A stretch of 60,000 nt of DNA from Botryllus schlosseri (GCA_051294905.1 CM119371.1:13828001-13888000), one strand, 5' to 3'; shown: positions 23,571 to 37,179, numbered from the stretch's first letter. Program-made: numbers and translations. The notes: generated by a model not told the origin, from the sequence alone.

Positions 23571-25049
23571 TTAAATGTTCGGAAGGTGGGGCAGGCAGGA
23601 TCATTTTGTTCAATCGCTGCCGGCTTATGAGCATTCTGCGAGCTACCATTTTACAGGAAAGCCTCCGGTAGGTTGCCAATCGTGGGTAGGGCTTCCCTGC
23701 AGAGGTAGGATCTGTCAAGCGTAAACGACACATAGCACACGATGCGGGCTGTCCTTGTATTGCCATCAGGTGCCACAAAACTGTCATCCACAGCGATTCC
23801 CCACCAATGATGCCCAAGTCCGCAATAGATGGGCCCTTCATAATAAGCTTCACAGGGAGAAGATCACAGCGGTTGACTTTCAGTCGCACAGCGATGAACA
23901 AGGGAATGATGGAGCTCTGGAAACCTGTGTCAGCTACCACGTAAGTCTGGATGGATACACTCTGGGCCTTCGAAAGCTTGGACTTGTGCCGAGTGCAAAG
24001 TCGGTGCGATTTGTCCTTGTCGCCCCACTTCACACAGTCTAGGCATTGCCTGCTGCAATTTATGTAATAACCATTAACCTTCAATGTCAGGCTTCACGTT
24101 TGTTTTTACATGCGTCACAGTCATTGCAGGGGATATTGGAACTTTATTTCAGGATATATTACAATAATAAATTCCAGTCTGGATCATCCATTCACTCCGT
24201 GAAATTTCTGACTGTGGAATTATTGAGGACCTGATTTCATTGTGGAACAATTTTGAGCTCAAAATGAAGTTCAGGATATAGAAACGAATTAAAGAGAGCT
24301 ACGGAAGCGGTCTGTATTATCCCCACTTCCCTCATATGTCACAACAGAAACAGACTTGATATTATGGGACGTGGCGTATTTCAGATTGTTCTTATCAAAA
24401 CTGAACCCAAATATCACGAGGATGATGACAACAGACTAGCTTTCATTATTTGTAATAATTCAGAATAGATATTTTTCGTTTTTATTATTTAGGCCGAGAT
24501 AGCATCAGGGAGCGCTGACAGTTTGTTTGCTGTCCATTGGGCGCTTACCTAAAAAGTAGGAAATTACTGGTGTGAATGATGTTGTTTTGGTGCTGGACAA
24601 CAAGGACTCAAAGACGTTTCAGCTTATTAAAAACTTCACAATAAGGACTGAAGTAATGGTCTGACTTTGTGTATTCTCCCAAGGAAAAATCATATTTGTC
24701 TGGTTCTTCTTTCTCGCTGACCCGAAGTTGAAACCCGCTTTACTGGTAATCTAAGAAACAATCTTATCCAAATGATCCCTCTATCAAGGGAAACTTGTCA
24801 GGCTACGACTTTAAATGCACCCTCCCGGCACCCAAATCCTTTGGGAATGGTGGTAATTTTATTGATGAAATTTCGTTAGTAAAATTTGTATGTCTACTAT
24901 GTATCTCAGTAAATAGCAGAAATGTTTGAATGTGGAAAAGGTGGTAAAGGACTTGGAAAGGCTGGCACCCAGTGAAGCTTAGTTTTGCTTAATGTGAGGA
25001 AGAGATAAATAAAGAAGAAAGCCATGGAATCAACGACTTACGCCAATAC

Positions 25050-25560
25050 GACTGGGGCAATATCGCAAATAGACAGAACATGTGACATTGGAATTTAAAT
25101 GGTAAAGATAGCGGTAAGAGGAGAACTTAATAAATTCTTCGAAATTACTGGAATTGATGAAGAAACCATAGAGGGGCTTATAAAGTACCCCAGCGGCAAA
25201 TTGACCTCAGGATTGGTGAAAGAAGACTGGCATTCGAAATGGACAGTAATGGTACGGATGAAGAAAGAAAATGCCAACTTACCAGCACACTGGCTGAATG
25301 CAGTGGTGTACCTAAGCTGGGTTTCGATACGGATGCAGAACAACAGAATAGAAGAGTACATCAGAAATAATCGCGAACCCATAAAGAGCATATTTGAACA
25401 AAAGGACGACACGGGATATAAAAATGGAATTCGAAGCATACTGGTGGAGAATAAGTATATAAAAGATAACCATAATAAATCGTGCGTATGGATTAATGGA
25501 GCAAAGATCGCAGTTGAACACAGGGACGGGTCGCGACCTGTGCCTACTATGAAAAGCCGG
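25050..25560 (+). mobile_element. Tx1/L1-like ORF1 (gag-like) relic
   Basis: VVYLSWVSIRMQNNRIEEYI...DTGYKNGIRSILV...VWINGAKIAVEHRDG resembles the RRM-like region preceding the zinc knuckle of Tx1-type ORF1. Confidence 0.55.
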
Positions 25561-25737
25561 GACAACAATTTCACGGGGTTTACAGAAAAATTCAAAATTT
25601 TCAAACTGTAAGAACTCCGCAATTACCGATTGGAATGAATTCAAATTTCGTGTGCATTGTTTTTAAAGGCAACCTAACGATTTAATCTCCTAGTCAGCGC
25701 AACATTCAGAAAAAAAAGTTAGTTTTGAACAGCCCTA
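25560..25737. mobile_element. Right-end fragment of the TAGGGCTGTTCAAAA MITE family
   Basis: Matches 39090-39303, ending TTTTGAACAGCCCTA. Confidence 0.8.
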
Positions 25738-26899
25738 CGGGACATATAGCGAGACTGTGCGACCAAAAAACAACGAAACCAGCGAAGTAACCTTGCCTGA
25801 GGAATAACGCAATAACAGAATGGACAAAGGCCGTACAGAAAGTGCAATCCACGCCAATAAAGGGATATAGTCAAATACATTTTGGCATTTCAAACGCAGA
25901 GGAAACCACAGACACGACGACAAGAACAGCACCGTTGAAAGAGACGTTAGAGGGCGCTACAGAGAAGGGTGGGGCAGTAAACGACAGAGGAACCGAAAAG
26001 ACGCGTGATGGATGTGCAGATGAACACAACAAGTTCATAAAAGGGTACGAGACACAACAACTCAGAGACCGAGAAGGCTATGACTAAAGCCAACGAAGCG
26101 GAATCAACGGGAGGATGGTCGCGGCAGTTGAACCACATGATTACACGACACGACAGGTAGAAGTGAGCAGGATAACTGAAGAACAAATAGTAGACGGCTG
26201 AAACAGTACTGATAAAGAAAGCTCTGGCAAAAGATGAAAGACAAGGCGAAAGAGAATAACACCGACAGGAATGAAAAGAAGCAATGAAAGCACAGAATCA
26301 GAAGAGCAATCAAGTTCGGAAAGGTGAATACAAAGCTTCTGCGCTCCCACCAAAAAATTCCTAGTAGAATTCCCATGTGGTCTATTTGGGATAACTGGGA
26401 CGTACATAAATAAAAGAAGGAACTATGTATGCATAACATTCAGGACGAAGCACCACGTCTTGCACATGTGCTGCAAAAATGATGAAATAATGCTCTACAC
26501 TGGAAATACTGCCATTCACAGAGGTAAAATAATACGTGCACGATGCGGAAAAGGTGGCAAAGAAAGGAGGATTTGAACCTGCCAGGCATGTGGAGAATCC
26601 TATAAAAGGAAACAACTGGTCCCAATACTGATCAAAATAGAAGACAATTAGGGTACAGGATCATATACGAGAAGAAATAAAACAAGACCAAGAGCGGACC
26701 ACCAACTGTTACAGCGCCGGGAAAAATCGAAGCCGTGTGCCTTTGGTGTCAAGCAACCCCATCAAATGTAGGTAATTACATTGATGAAAGTGAGATAAAG
26801 AATTCTTATACAAAAATTGTCCGGATAACACCCTCAAGGTTAAAAATGCCAAAAATTATGGCTGAAAATGGATCATCTAAAGTACAGGATGTCTAACTT

Positions 26900-27130
26900 C
26901 ACCTATGCCCCAAAGGACACATTCCATAAACTGAACACTGTAAAAAATATGTTTCTTTATGGCAGATATCAATGTAGATCTTCTCAAAAAGAGATCGATT
27001 CAATAGTCCAATGGTAGCAAGTCTGTCGGTATTTGCCTAATTATCAGTGAGCAAAGGAGAATCACAAATCAGAAGTCATCAAGTTGATTGCATTTGTATG
27101 TCTCTGCTTTTGTCAATTTATAATGTATCA
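26900..27130 (+). mobile_element. APE endonuclease relic of a CR1/L2-like LINE
   Basis: FMADINVDLLK (GD.N.DLL motif) and RITNQKSSS..H (PTR.T.....IDH-like). Confidence 0.4.
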
Positions 27131-27845
27131 TAGCTCAGTTGAGTATGCCTTGTGAATAAAAACGAGGTTGCAATTTATACTGTCTCAAATAGATTGCTAT
27201 GGTCTAGCTAGGTGAATGATTAAGAGTACAGAGGAACATAACGGAACGTTTTTGATTATGAAGATAGAAGGCTGTGATAAATATTGGATGTGCGCTATTT
27301 CAACATTTCTGAGAAGAGGTCACAGTGCCATAATTAGTGAGACTTATATATAATCTAGTGAGCGAATCCTGCTACCAGCGTGTCTCAGCGTTCTCAAGCA
27401 ACGATTGGAACAGAAGCTTTAAAAGTTGGAACAACAGAAGGCATATAATGAACAGCTGACGACGCTGCGTAAATCATCCTCCATTGTGGACTACGCTGCA
27501 CTGGCTAGCAATGTCAGCTAATAAATTTTCAAATGAAACTATGGCCCGATTAAAGTTGTAATGCATTGACGCATTCATAAACACGAACTTTGTGTCAGAT
27601 TGTAACGGGGCTAATACATTATTGACAAATCAATGTCTACGTCTAGTGGTCGACAAAATATAGCTGCATAGCAGACTGAGCCAGCAAAGTTTTGGAGTGA
27701 TATGAAGTGTCAATCTAATGCAGCTATCCGTAATTCGGTGCTCGTCTCAGGCAAGACATGATCACCTGTGATTTTCTTAAATCAATTTTCTGTAGGAGGA
27801 AACGATGCCCACACGATTTATGTGTTCTGTTGGAAATGAAGCTGC

Positions 27846-28376
27846 GTGAAAGCAGTATTTAAACTGAAACTAAAAAGAAATCCTCCCAGCCATTTCAAGC
27901 CAATGCAGTCAAGTCTTTCTTTACAAAGAACAGTAAACTGTCCATCCAGACGTCCGAGAGTCGAGTTTCCAGATATGATGTGGAACAAAGAAATTTACCC
28001 GATACCTGGTAAGGCACACTTGGGATGTAACAAGTTGGGACAGTTACCTCATGGATCCAAATATACAGTGGCTGTATGTCGCAACTGCGGCAGCAACGTC
28101 ATATTTGCCCAGCATGTTGAAGGAGTGAATGAATGTGACGTGAATGGAGCTATCCAATCATTTGAGTTAGATATTGGCGAAAGAGAAAATTTTACTTCTG
28201 ATTACAGATGGATTGCTTTGAGGAACCCTGCTTTGTATAAGGCTATTGCTGAGTTTGAATCTTCATTCTTGCATGACCTGAATACTTCAGCTCTATTCAC
28301 ACCTATGAATATTTCCTTTATAGATGGAAATCCCTGTCAGCAATATTTGATTTTCAATGGACAGTTACAGATATAG
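27846..28376 (+). CDS. Unidentified 176-codon ORF or exon with a CxxC motif
   Basis: Long open frame in AT-rich DNA with globular composition (VAVCRNCGSNVIF); possible acceptor ttttctgtag at ~27796; adjacent frames are broken. Confidence 0.35.
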   Translation: MKAVFKLKLKRNPPSHFKPMQSSLSLQRTVNCPSRRPRVEFPDMMWNKEIYPIPGKAHLGCNKLGQLPHGSKYTVAVCRNCGSNVIFAQHVEGVNECDVNGAIQSFELDIGERENFTSDYRWIALRNPALYKAIAEFESSFLHDLNTSALFTPMNISFIDGNPCQQYLIFNGQLQI

Positions 28377-30199
28377 CGAATTTGGAATAGATTGGCCGTA
28401 GTAAAATACTGAAGTGTGATATTTCAATTGATACCCTTCGTTACAGTCACAGAGTTTTGAACTCTGTAACAGACTATTGTGGGTAAATATATCGCATCAC
28501 TATTTGCTATCCATACTGCGTTATCTTAAGCTTAAGACACAGCAATAGACTGTGCAGTAACCGTACGATTTTGAAGAATATTTTGTCCCAATTTGTAAAC
28601 AATTGCTTCCTGGTGAAAAATGATGACGATTCGTTTTTGCGGGTATTATTCTGTTTCAGTTGATTCACAACCTGAAACTCATATACAGCTTATTCCATTG
28701 GCCGATGAGTTGATGCATGAATTGGGCGGTGAATATCCCTTTTATGAGAATGACTTGGCTGCTGTATATTGCTGGATGTTCAAGTAAGGAAAGAGAAGTG
28801 TTTTTCTCTCAACAAACATCGTATAGTAGGACTGCTGAACAGAAGATTGTCTAGCCATATGAGAAATGACTTGAAATCAATACAATTATGATATTAAATG
28901 TGATTATACAAACATTATTGCTGATGCATTGACCAACTGCTGTTCAGTCTTGAATCTATTTGAATTTTGCTAGCACAGTATGCACTCTGTGTGAACATAT
29001 TAACACTTCATTTCATGGTATTGTGAGCAAAAGAATCCAGAAGAGACCATGTAATTTCTGCCGTCATGAGATACGCAAGAGCAGATAATGTAGCCAACAC
29101 CAGAACGATAGACTGAAGGATGTACACAAAGAAGCGATTAAATTGACCAAGGAGGAGTGTCTGAAGAAAGGACGGACGAATAAAGATAGACGACCAAAAT
29201 GGTTATATCTGGCCCTAGGCCGAGATATATGATAGATAAAGAGACTGTAACTTGTCATTTTGACATCATCATATCTGCTCATCACATCACATTGAAGCTT
29301 ATGTACCACATTATGGTTGGCGTGTCTTGAGTAGATTAAAATGTATAATCCAAAGAATAAAACAAGGAACTTGAAGCTACAGTCAATCAGTTCAAGGTTA
29401 GAACACCCTGCTCTGCTCCGTACTATGGACACTATTCCTTGGACAGATCCTAAATGGATAATCAAGGTATTTGATTCTCACCGAGTCAATGTGAAAGTGC
29501 AACCGGGTGGTGACGACACGCATTGATCAATTTGGTATGGTATGAATTTGAATTGAATTGAAGAAGACAGTGTACCTGGCATCACACCGGATGTAGCATT
29601 TTTGAATTAACCAAAGCTAGTAAGCCCATGACGATTGGAAGGAACTCATAAAAAGAAAGTTTTACTCGATTCATTGTAACTCTTCAACTAAAACGAATTG
29701 TTTTGCGTTTGCCCTTGCATTTGCGTACATTGTTGATTGTTTTCGTATATTTTCCTGCTTTTGGTAATGTGTTATGTATTGTTGCTAAGTTTAGGTCTTG
29801 TCGCGAATAAATGTTGTCAAGATTTGTACTGCGTCGATTAGCTTGTTTCGGATATATGATTACTTTCGAGGATCACAATACTTCTGTCTTAGGAAAAAGC
29901 TCTCAACATGGCCACGTTCAATCACTCTCATCCATCAACCCGGAATTCCATGACATTAAGCAGGTATTATGATAGATTTATGGTTCATATCGACCATCAA
30001 ATCACTGCTGGACAGCCTCTTGTTTTGAGCTGGCAGGACTTTCGGCCTGCCACATTTGAAACTCATCGTCCATAGTAAACAACCCTGTCCGTGAGTGCTC
30101 GTTTGGGAATATGAAGGCCAAAACCATACTCTTCCCGGTACAAACAGTGCTCAGAGAGTCTGGCTATCAAGGCAACACCGGAGCTCGGCCGATGCTTAA

Positions 30200-31930
30200 C
30201 GTAATACAACCAAATACTCTAATCCTAAATGTTATAAGTCTAAGCACTCGATTAATCTACAGGATTAAAGTTTCCTCTCTGTTAGGATTACACACTCAAT
30301 GACTCGTAACATGGTGAAGGGGTTGCAGAGTAGCGCTACAATATCAATGGACACGTGGATCCGTTCTGCTATATCCATTAAATAATTTCGCAGCCAGTTA
30401 TAACGAGTGCATAGAAGCAAAAAATGCTCCACCGTTTCAGTCTCGCCACATGTCATACAAATATCATCGTCGAGATAACCTATTCGATGTAAATAGCCGA
30501 TGAGTTTACAATGCCCAGTCTGAAGTCGTGTCAGTATCGATGATTCCTATCTTGAGAGTCACAGTGGCTGCGAAATCCCGTGTGCAGCGTGTATTCTGTT
30601 GTAGAGGATTTCGGATCCATTTGTCTCAACTTCGTTGATCCACATTCAGCAAGTTAGCTCTTGGCAATATTTTAGCTTCTTGTCGGGAGGGTGCGATATC
30701 TCTGATTATTCGTAGAGTTGGAGACAACGCAGCTTCCGTTGCAATTTTATCAGCGATATCGTTGATTCCAACTCCACAGTGACTTGGAATTCAAAGTAAT
30801 GTAATATTTATTCCAGCACAATTCAGATCTCAGGAAAATTGGAAATATTATTGACCAGAGCGTGAACATCGCTGGTGTTACCAGTATTTAAAATAGTTTA
30901 GCCGCTCAAACTATCCGATAGAATTGCGATTCCGGAGGTCTGTGTGGATCCTAGGCGCGCGGCATCAATCAGCCAATTAATACTTTCGCACATAGCGACT
31001 AATTCTGCCGGCAATATCTATATCCTGCCATCACGAGTGGATTTAAGCGACACATTGTATGTGTCTGTATATACGTGCAATTTATCCCTGTGACTCGCGT
31101 ATATATATTCTTCACAAGTTTGTCTGATGATTTCTGTGTCATCTGATTTCTTGATCACTCGCGAAAGGTCTAGGTCTACAGTATACCTGGGATTTTCCCA
31201 CGGAGCTTACTCGATAGCCCAACTTTTTCGATGCGGGCTTCTTATATGCCGTTTCTGGAACGCATATTAAATATGATAAAATTTTCAGTATCTGGAAAGA
31301 TTTCTTGCAGGCTTCTGCAACCAATTTTATTCAACAGAATTAGTTAAAGTTATGTCTGAGTGATATCTGAAACATGATTGCACAGTATAAGCATGTTGTC
31401 ATTTATTGTTGATTAGATACTGATAATCGTATGCTACCATGCTTAACTCGCGGCAATGCCGTCATTTGTCCTCTTCACAGACGGATACTGGACATCTTCT
31501 GATGTACCAAATCTGATACGCGCTTGGCACTCTGGCTGTATTGATGTGTGTTGCGTTATGCTGTGTACCAAACATGTTACTGCGCGGTAAGTATGGCTGT
31601 GCAGCTGGTCGTAGTCCAGTTGAGATCTTCGAATAGATGTACAATTGTATGTGTCATTGGGTCAAACGAGGACTTTCAGAAGGGCTTAGAAATCGGCGAT
31701 CGCAGTGGGTGCAATGACGAGTCATCTCACAGTACGTCAGCCTGTTGAAATTTCGAACAGTTCTTCGTTTTCTTGCTGTATCAAGCGAACGCCATCCTCT
31801 CTTGTACAGCTGTGCGTAATTTATTCCTGTTATTTCACCATAGCCGCCCCTTTTACTTCAGTGACTCCCCTTATTCATGTGGTCGAAGCGTTTGCTGATA
31901 TTGAAGCCACGATGCTCCCTTAAGAAAAAG
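30200..31930 (-). mobile_element. Decayed RNase H-bearing LINE (I-group-like), 3' part
   Basis: IPSHCGVGINDIADKIA (RNase H end); ILTRLQTGHCKLIGYLHRIG...ICMTCGETETVEHFLLLC (CCHC); post-RT RRSQLDY motif near 31610. Confidence 0.8.
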
Positions 31931-32639
31931 CAGTCCGGTGACTGAAAACGTCAAAATGACCCTGAATCCATATGGCATCCAAATCCAGCCGAACCCATCA
32001 AGTCCTAATTGTTCCAAATCCATTTTGATCACTGCTATAAAGCTTTAGGACAGAGATGCCCAAATTATCTCAAATTCCGATCGCATTACACTTTGATTAA
32101 GTACCCCGGCTACATCCGTCTCCATTTTAGGACTCGTTTCACTTACGCCGTGTTACAACATACGAGAGTGCTGACTACTACTAGTCAATGTTCCAAATGC
32201 TATCGGAACCTCTTTGATGCCGTATGACTCGATTTGAGTCTCTCAAAATTTGAATCGGGTGTTTTGAAGCGGTTAGCAGCATTTTTGACTGACTTATGTG
32301 CATGCTGATCACACCTTAGAGATGTCTTGAAACGATGGTGCATATCTAAGCAACTACAATCCCGTCTGTATCGATTTTGCAGGCCTGCAAAATTATTGGT
32401 CTGGTTTCAGATTTATTCCCACTGCCTTTATACTAAAATTCAACACAGTTTCCCATTCCTAGGCTTGTATTCGCATGAGCTGGTAAGACTTTGTAAGACT
32501 GGCTCACCCCCTCTACCCTTATCAAGATCGACCTTGATTCATAGCAGTAACAAAATTCTACTAATTTTCAGTAGCATTCAAGAAGTTTTCTGCTACTTGT
32601 TACACTTGGCCATGTGAATTTGTCGACATTTTGCTTGTA

Positions 32640-33320
32640 TTTGAGTAGTTTTTTTTCATGCTCAAGTACTAATTTTACTGTCAATATTACATTATTGTAT
32701 TCTACTTGTAATTCAATGTTTTTTTTGTTGAATGTGGAATCTAATTTCTATTTAGCTTGGCCTAGTTGCATCGCTCCTTGACTTGCCATTGCATGATCCT
32801 AACTCCGTAAGACAGTGGCTCATTACCAATTTTTACTCCCGCCCCTTTTTTTTACTCAGGACAATCTTGGTAAGGCAGTGACTAGTAAACTTTTTTACTC
32901 ATCGCTCCCTAACCAAGATTGTCCTAACGTCATAGCCCCCTAACAGTGACATGACAGCGTAAACAAAGCAATTCCAGTTTTCTGTAATATTCAAACATAT
33001 TTATCCGCTTTTTCCAGTTATCCATGACATTTTGTCTGCGTTTTGCTCGTTTTTTAGCAGTTTTTTCCAAGCTAATAATTTTACTTTTATTTTTAAAATA
33101 CCGTATTATAGTTTACTTGTAACTCAACAGTATTTCTTGTTGAATGCGTAAGCTAGTTCCTATTAATCTTGATCTAATTGCATCCCCGCCCCTTCCTTAA
33201 AACTTGGCCATTTAATTAATTGTACTGCAGCAGTTTCTTTCCATGCTGAAAGACTAATTTTATTTTTGTTATTACATTATTATAATCTAGTTTGTACTTC
33301 AACAGTTCTTTCCCTGCTGA
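32640..33320. repeat. Three diverged copies of a ~130-170 bp AT-rich unit
   Basis: gcagtttttt(c)catgct...ctaattttac...ttgtaa(c/t)tcaa...ttgttgaatg at ~32645, ~33057 and ~33230. Confidence 0.55.
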
Positions 33321-34473
33321 TTATAGCTCCCTGGTTTGTCTTACAATGACCCTATTTAAGGGCGTTCGACAGAGGCTCATAAACTTCACTTAATCTTTTA
33401 TAAGGACCGACAGAACTTTGTTGCCCCCCCCCCCCCCAAAGAAAAAAAAAGATAGAGGTCAGCGTTAACAAAGTACTCCGCTTTTTTGTGCACTCAAGTA
33501 TGCTCATGCTCTTGAGTCACAGCGATGTAATTTTGTGTATTTGCGCATTTTGTATTCTTTTTTTGTTATGCACGGTGTTTTTATTCAGCAGTTTTCTTCA
33601 TTACATTCTAATTTTTCTGTGTTTACTCTTTCCAATTTCGTTCTTGATTTCTTGTTGGTTGATTATATACGTCTGATATAATCTTGCTCGTGTCTCCAGT
33701 TTGACTTTGTGAAGAAATATGAGAGTCGTAGGATAATATAAGAATATAAATCATATAATGAATTACCACTACTCTGATCGTTTCTCTGGTTATTAAGTGA
33801 GGCGGAAAAATTAGGTCGGTGATCCGCTCTGAACTAATTTATTGGAAGAGTAACACTAGTATGTCTTAAGCGCGAGGTGACACGTAGGCCTTCACCTCAG
33901 TCGAGTGCCGACCTCAAATCTGAAGAATGACGCAGCGGATTATTTCTAATTGTGGGCGGGAAAGGTTGGTCGAAGTAGTCAGTATTGCTGGTCAAGTAGA
34001 AGTAATGACGTCAATTTTTATTCATTTACGAGTAGAGGTATAGTTATTTGCAAGGTGTGAGTTCCGGGGTTCGAGAAATATATTTACTGTAGTCAGAGAT
34101 ATTGAGATTCAAGAGAGTCACGGCTGCTCATCGACATGCTAGATCAAGATACTGGCGGAGTCGATGAAGAATTGTACCGGTTGAAACGGTTATTGACGAT
34201 ATGATGGTGCTTCAGGCCCTGAAAGCTTTTCGGATCTTGGCGAAGACTTATTAGTTGGAGCGAGTCTTGCTTCCTATTCAGAATCATGGCCGCTCACCAT
34301 TCTAATCGCTCTCGATACCAGAATATCTCAGGCTATAGCAGCGAGATGCTAAATCTACGGGCAGCGTCCGTACCGCCAGACGATATCATCCGGTTCGCGA
34401 AGCAAGTCTGAATAGATTGAAAAATGCTTATAATATCCGGTACATGTGACACAAATGTTCAAGTTGTTTTTAT

Positions 34474-34950
34474 CATAGTGTCCTATATGGTGTCGACACA
34501 AGCAAATCTCACGGCTCAGTGAAATTGATTCACGTCACAATTTCCATTTGGCTATATACAGGCAATTTGACGGTCATTTTTGACCGGCTTGCCGAGGATT
34601 AAATTTGGTGAAACGAGTATCAATCGAAAGCTGACTCTGCACTGATTACGAAAATATAAATTTTATTCCGCTCGCGGCCGTGGAACCCCCACAATCAGCC
34701 TCGAATTTTTCATTGTTATGGAGATTGGCATTGAGACGCAACAATGCCAATCTCTCGTTTCGCCAGACAGCATTGTTGCGTCTCAATGCCAATCTCCATA
34801 CGATGAAAAATTCGAGGGTGATTGTGGGGGTTCCACGGCCGCGAGCGGAATAAAATTTATATTTGCCTGTAGCCAAATGGAAATTGTGACGTGATACAAT
34901 TTCACTGAGGCGTGAGATTTGCTTGTGTCGACACCATATAGGACACTATG
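34474..34950. mobile_element. Foldback MITE with P-superfamily-like ends
   Basis: CATAG...CTATG termini; ~90-bp outer TIRs plus a near-perfect inner hairpin at 34652-34864; 7-bp TSD TTTTTAT. Confidence 0.85.
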
Positions 34951-35428
34951 TTTTTATAGTAGACACTCCCTCAATACGGCAAATGTCGAGAATCTTCAAT
35001 GTCAGATTATATAGCCACACGATTCCGGTGTTGTTATTCCACTCTTGTTGCGACTGGGAACAACTCGGCGACATTGACACCTAATTTCGAGAAGAAAAAA
35101 AGTGCAGCTGAGTACAGGGTTTTACGGGAAAATGGGTCAAAAAGTAGTAATTTTCAAAAGCGAAACCTCCATTGAGGAACCGTTATAGGCAGTTTACATG
35201 GAGAATATATGTGGTACATAAAAATGAACATTCAAATTCCTCTGGTTGCACTGCGATGTCACTTCCGACCCAAAAATGTCCCCGGACTCCACAGAAACCG
35301 GATGCGTGATTTAGTAAAATAAAAATACATTCCAATGTCTGTTTTTGCAGTTCAATCTCTTGTATTCCTCACAGCGCTTGCTCCGGGCTAACGCCATATC
35401 ACGGCTAAAGCAAGTTGAGCATAGAAAT

Positions 35429-35523
35429 AGGCCTTATATCGTCGTAAGAGCCACTCTTTTAGAGGTTCAAAACAAGAAAGGCCTTATATCGTCGTAAGAG
35501 CCACTCTTTTAGAGGTTCGAAAC
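35429..35523. repeat. 50-bp tandem duplication
   Basis: aggccttatatcgtcgtaagagccactcttttagaggttc(a/g)aaac twice. Confidence 0.9.
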
Positions 35524-35695
35524 CTGTATTCAACGAGCCAATCATGGTATTTCTCGCCAATAACATTGTTCGCGAGTAAAGGTGTTGCTGGTTGCTAGAA
35601 TAAATCCATTGTGATCCATGTTGCTATGTAGGCCTAATATATAGGCAACTATAATATGATGATTATCTGCATATGTTTGATGATGAAGTATCGAG

Positions 35696-36819
35696 CAGTG
35701 TTGGGATCAAGTCACTACCTTCGAGTCATCTTGAGTCATTGCACAATTTGACTAGAGTCAAGTCAAGCGATTTTCAAAGGTGATTCGAGTCAAGTCAAGT
35801 CACGATTCGAGTCAAAATTGAATTTTCGAACTATGAGTAATGATGATGCAAAGTCATTACATTTTGCTAACTGGTTGAAGAACAGATTAATTTGCCATTT
35901 ATCTTGAATCAAATAACGAATATAAACTTAAATATACATGCAAAAAGGTGTTGCACCGCTCGCGCACACGTGGAACTGGTGTGTCGAGATAGCGCAGTGG
36001 TATACTCCGCGGCTGTAACCGAGGTCGACTTCAGAATTCCGATACACCTAAGTGTTGGAGGCTTACCTAGGCTCCTACTCGCCACCTCATCCGCGTAAGC
36101 GGTGTCTTACAAAAAGCCTAGAGGTGGGCCGGGCTATAAGTCGGCAGTTACGGAAAATAATGGTGTAAATGACCATAGTAGTCGACAAACACCATGAATA
36201 CCACAAACAAACACGTAGAACTGCTAAAAAAATACATAAGTAACTATAGCTACATGATACAGTCTGATTTTATAAGCCAATGTAAAGGATCGAATACGAA
36301 GCCTCCAGACGTTGAACAAATTGATGTGGTACAATAGACACTTCCGATCTACACATCCGGGAGAATATGAAGGCATAAACTATATTCGTTCGATTTAAAT
36401 CATACAGGAGTGTTGGTAAAGGCGCTGCGCAATAACCACTGGACCGTCTAGTTGCTATTATATTAATCAACTGCCACTACGACTACGACAACGTAAGCTA
36501 TGATCGTTTCGTTAGCGGTCAATTTATTTGCGATGTGATAAAGGGGATCAGTGAAACGTACAATCAGTGAATGACTGGAATGATTCTTACAAGTGACACT
36601 GGCGTATCGAGAACGACTCGAACGTAGTGATATAATCGACACCTATTACTTATAATGACTTGAAATTGACTCGTGAATTTTGCTCCGAGTCACGAGTCAA
36701 TCCACATTTCTGAATCGCCGAGTCAAGTCAAGTCATTTTTGCAAGGTGACTCGAGTCAAGTCAAGTCATACGACAAAGGTGACTCGAATCAAGTCATGAG
36801 TCGAGTCATCCCAACACTG
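35696..36819. mobile_element. hAT-type MITE (CAGTGTTGGGAT family) containing a SINE
   Basis: Same TIRs as 15599-16588; TSD gtatcgag/gtatcaag. Confidence 0.9.
35979..36210 (+). mobile_element. tRNA-derived SINE
   Basis: A box TAGCGCAGTGG; 13-bp TSD acacgt(g/a)gaactg; empty site in the sister MITE at ~15947. Confidence 0.85.
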
Positions 36820-37179
36820 GTATCAAGTGAAAAACAGGGGCATGAGAAATAATGGAATCATCGACTGATTCGGCCCGGAAGCGATTTGAAGGTTTGAATC
36901 CGGCCTGCGACGCAATTTGAGTTCGATACCTCTGGGCTACAGTAATCATCATAGAACCTCCCTCTCTAATAAATATGAGACATGATGTTGTTCTTGCAAT
37001 TGCTTCTTTCAAATCATTCTAGTTTTTGAATGAATTTTGAAATCTGTCGAAATGAGAAAATGAACAATATTGTGCGATTTCGGAGTCATTGCTATTCAGG
37101 AATCTGTAAAGCAGCAGTTGTCACGCTGATCAATGGCCTTGCAGTGAAGCGTGGTCACACAGTAGCTTTATTTTATACC

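Larger units (their letters stand above)
19100..24120 (-). mobile_element. Decayed Ty3/Gypsy LTR retrotransposon internal region (PR-RT-RH-IN)
   Basis: Protease VADTG (~23930); RT-upstream RLLDYYDSTTFNVCEHQPLP; RNase H (TCLTPDWFVTGIGFFL, SRYALIAGE, PGKSNHIVDAVSR); integrase zinc finger LHAGHQ...ARDSVSWP and core PFQRICSDYF; polypurine tract GGAGAGGGGAGA at ~19101-19112; many frameshifts; matching LTR pair not recognised. Confidence 0.85.

Noticed and set aside
28073..28090. Mis18/Yippee or RIG-I CTD assignment for the CRNC motif
   Set aside because: Only one CxxC and no second conserved motif visible; cannot be supported without a profile search
30003..30076. Possible hammerhead on the minus strand next to the LINE 3' end
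   Set aside because: A hairpin (tggcagg/cctgcca) exists, but the core reads ACGATGA and AAAA instead of CTGATGA and GAAA, and stem I is poor
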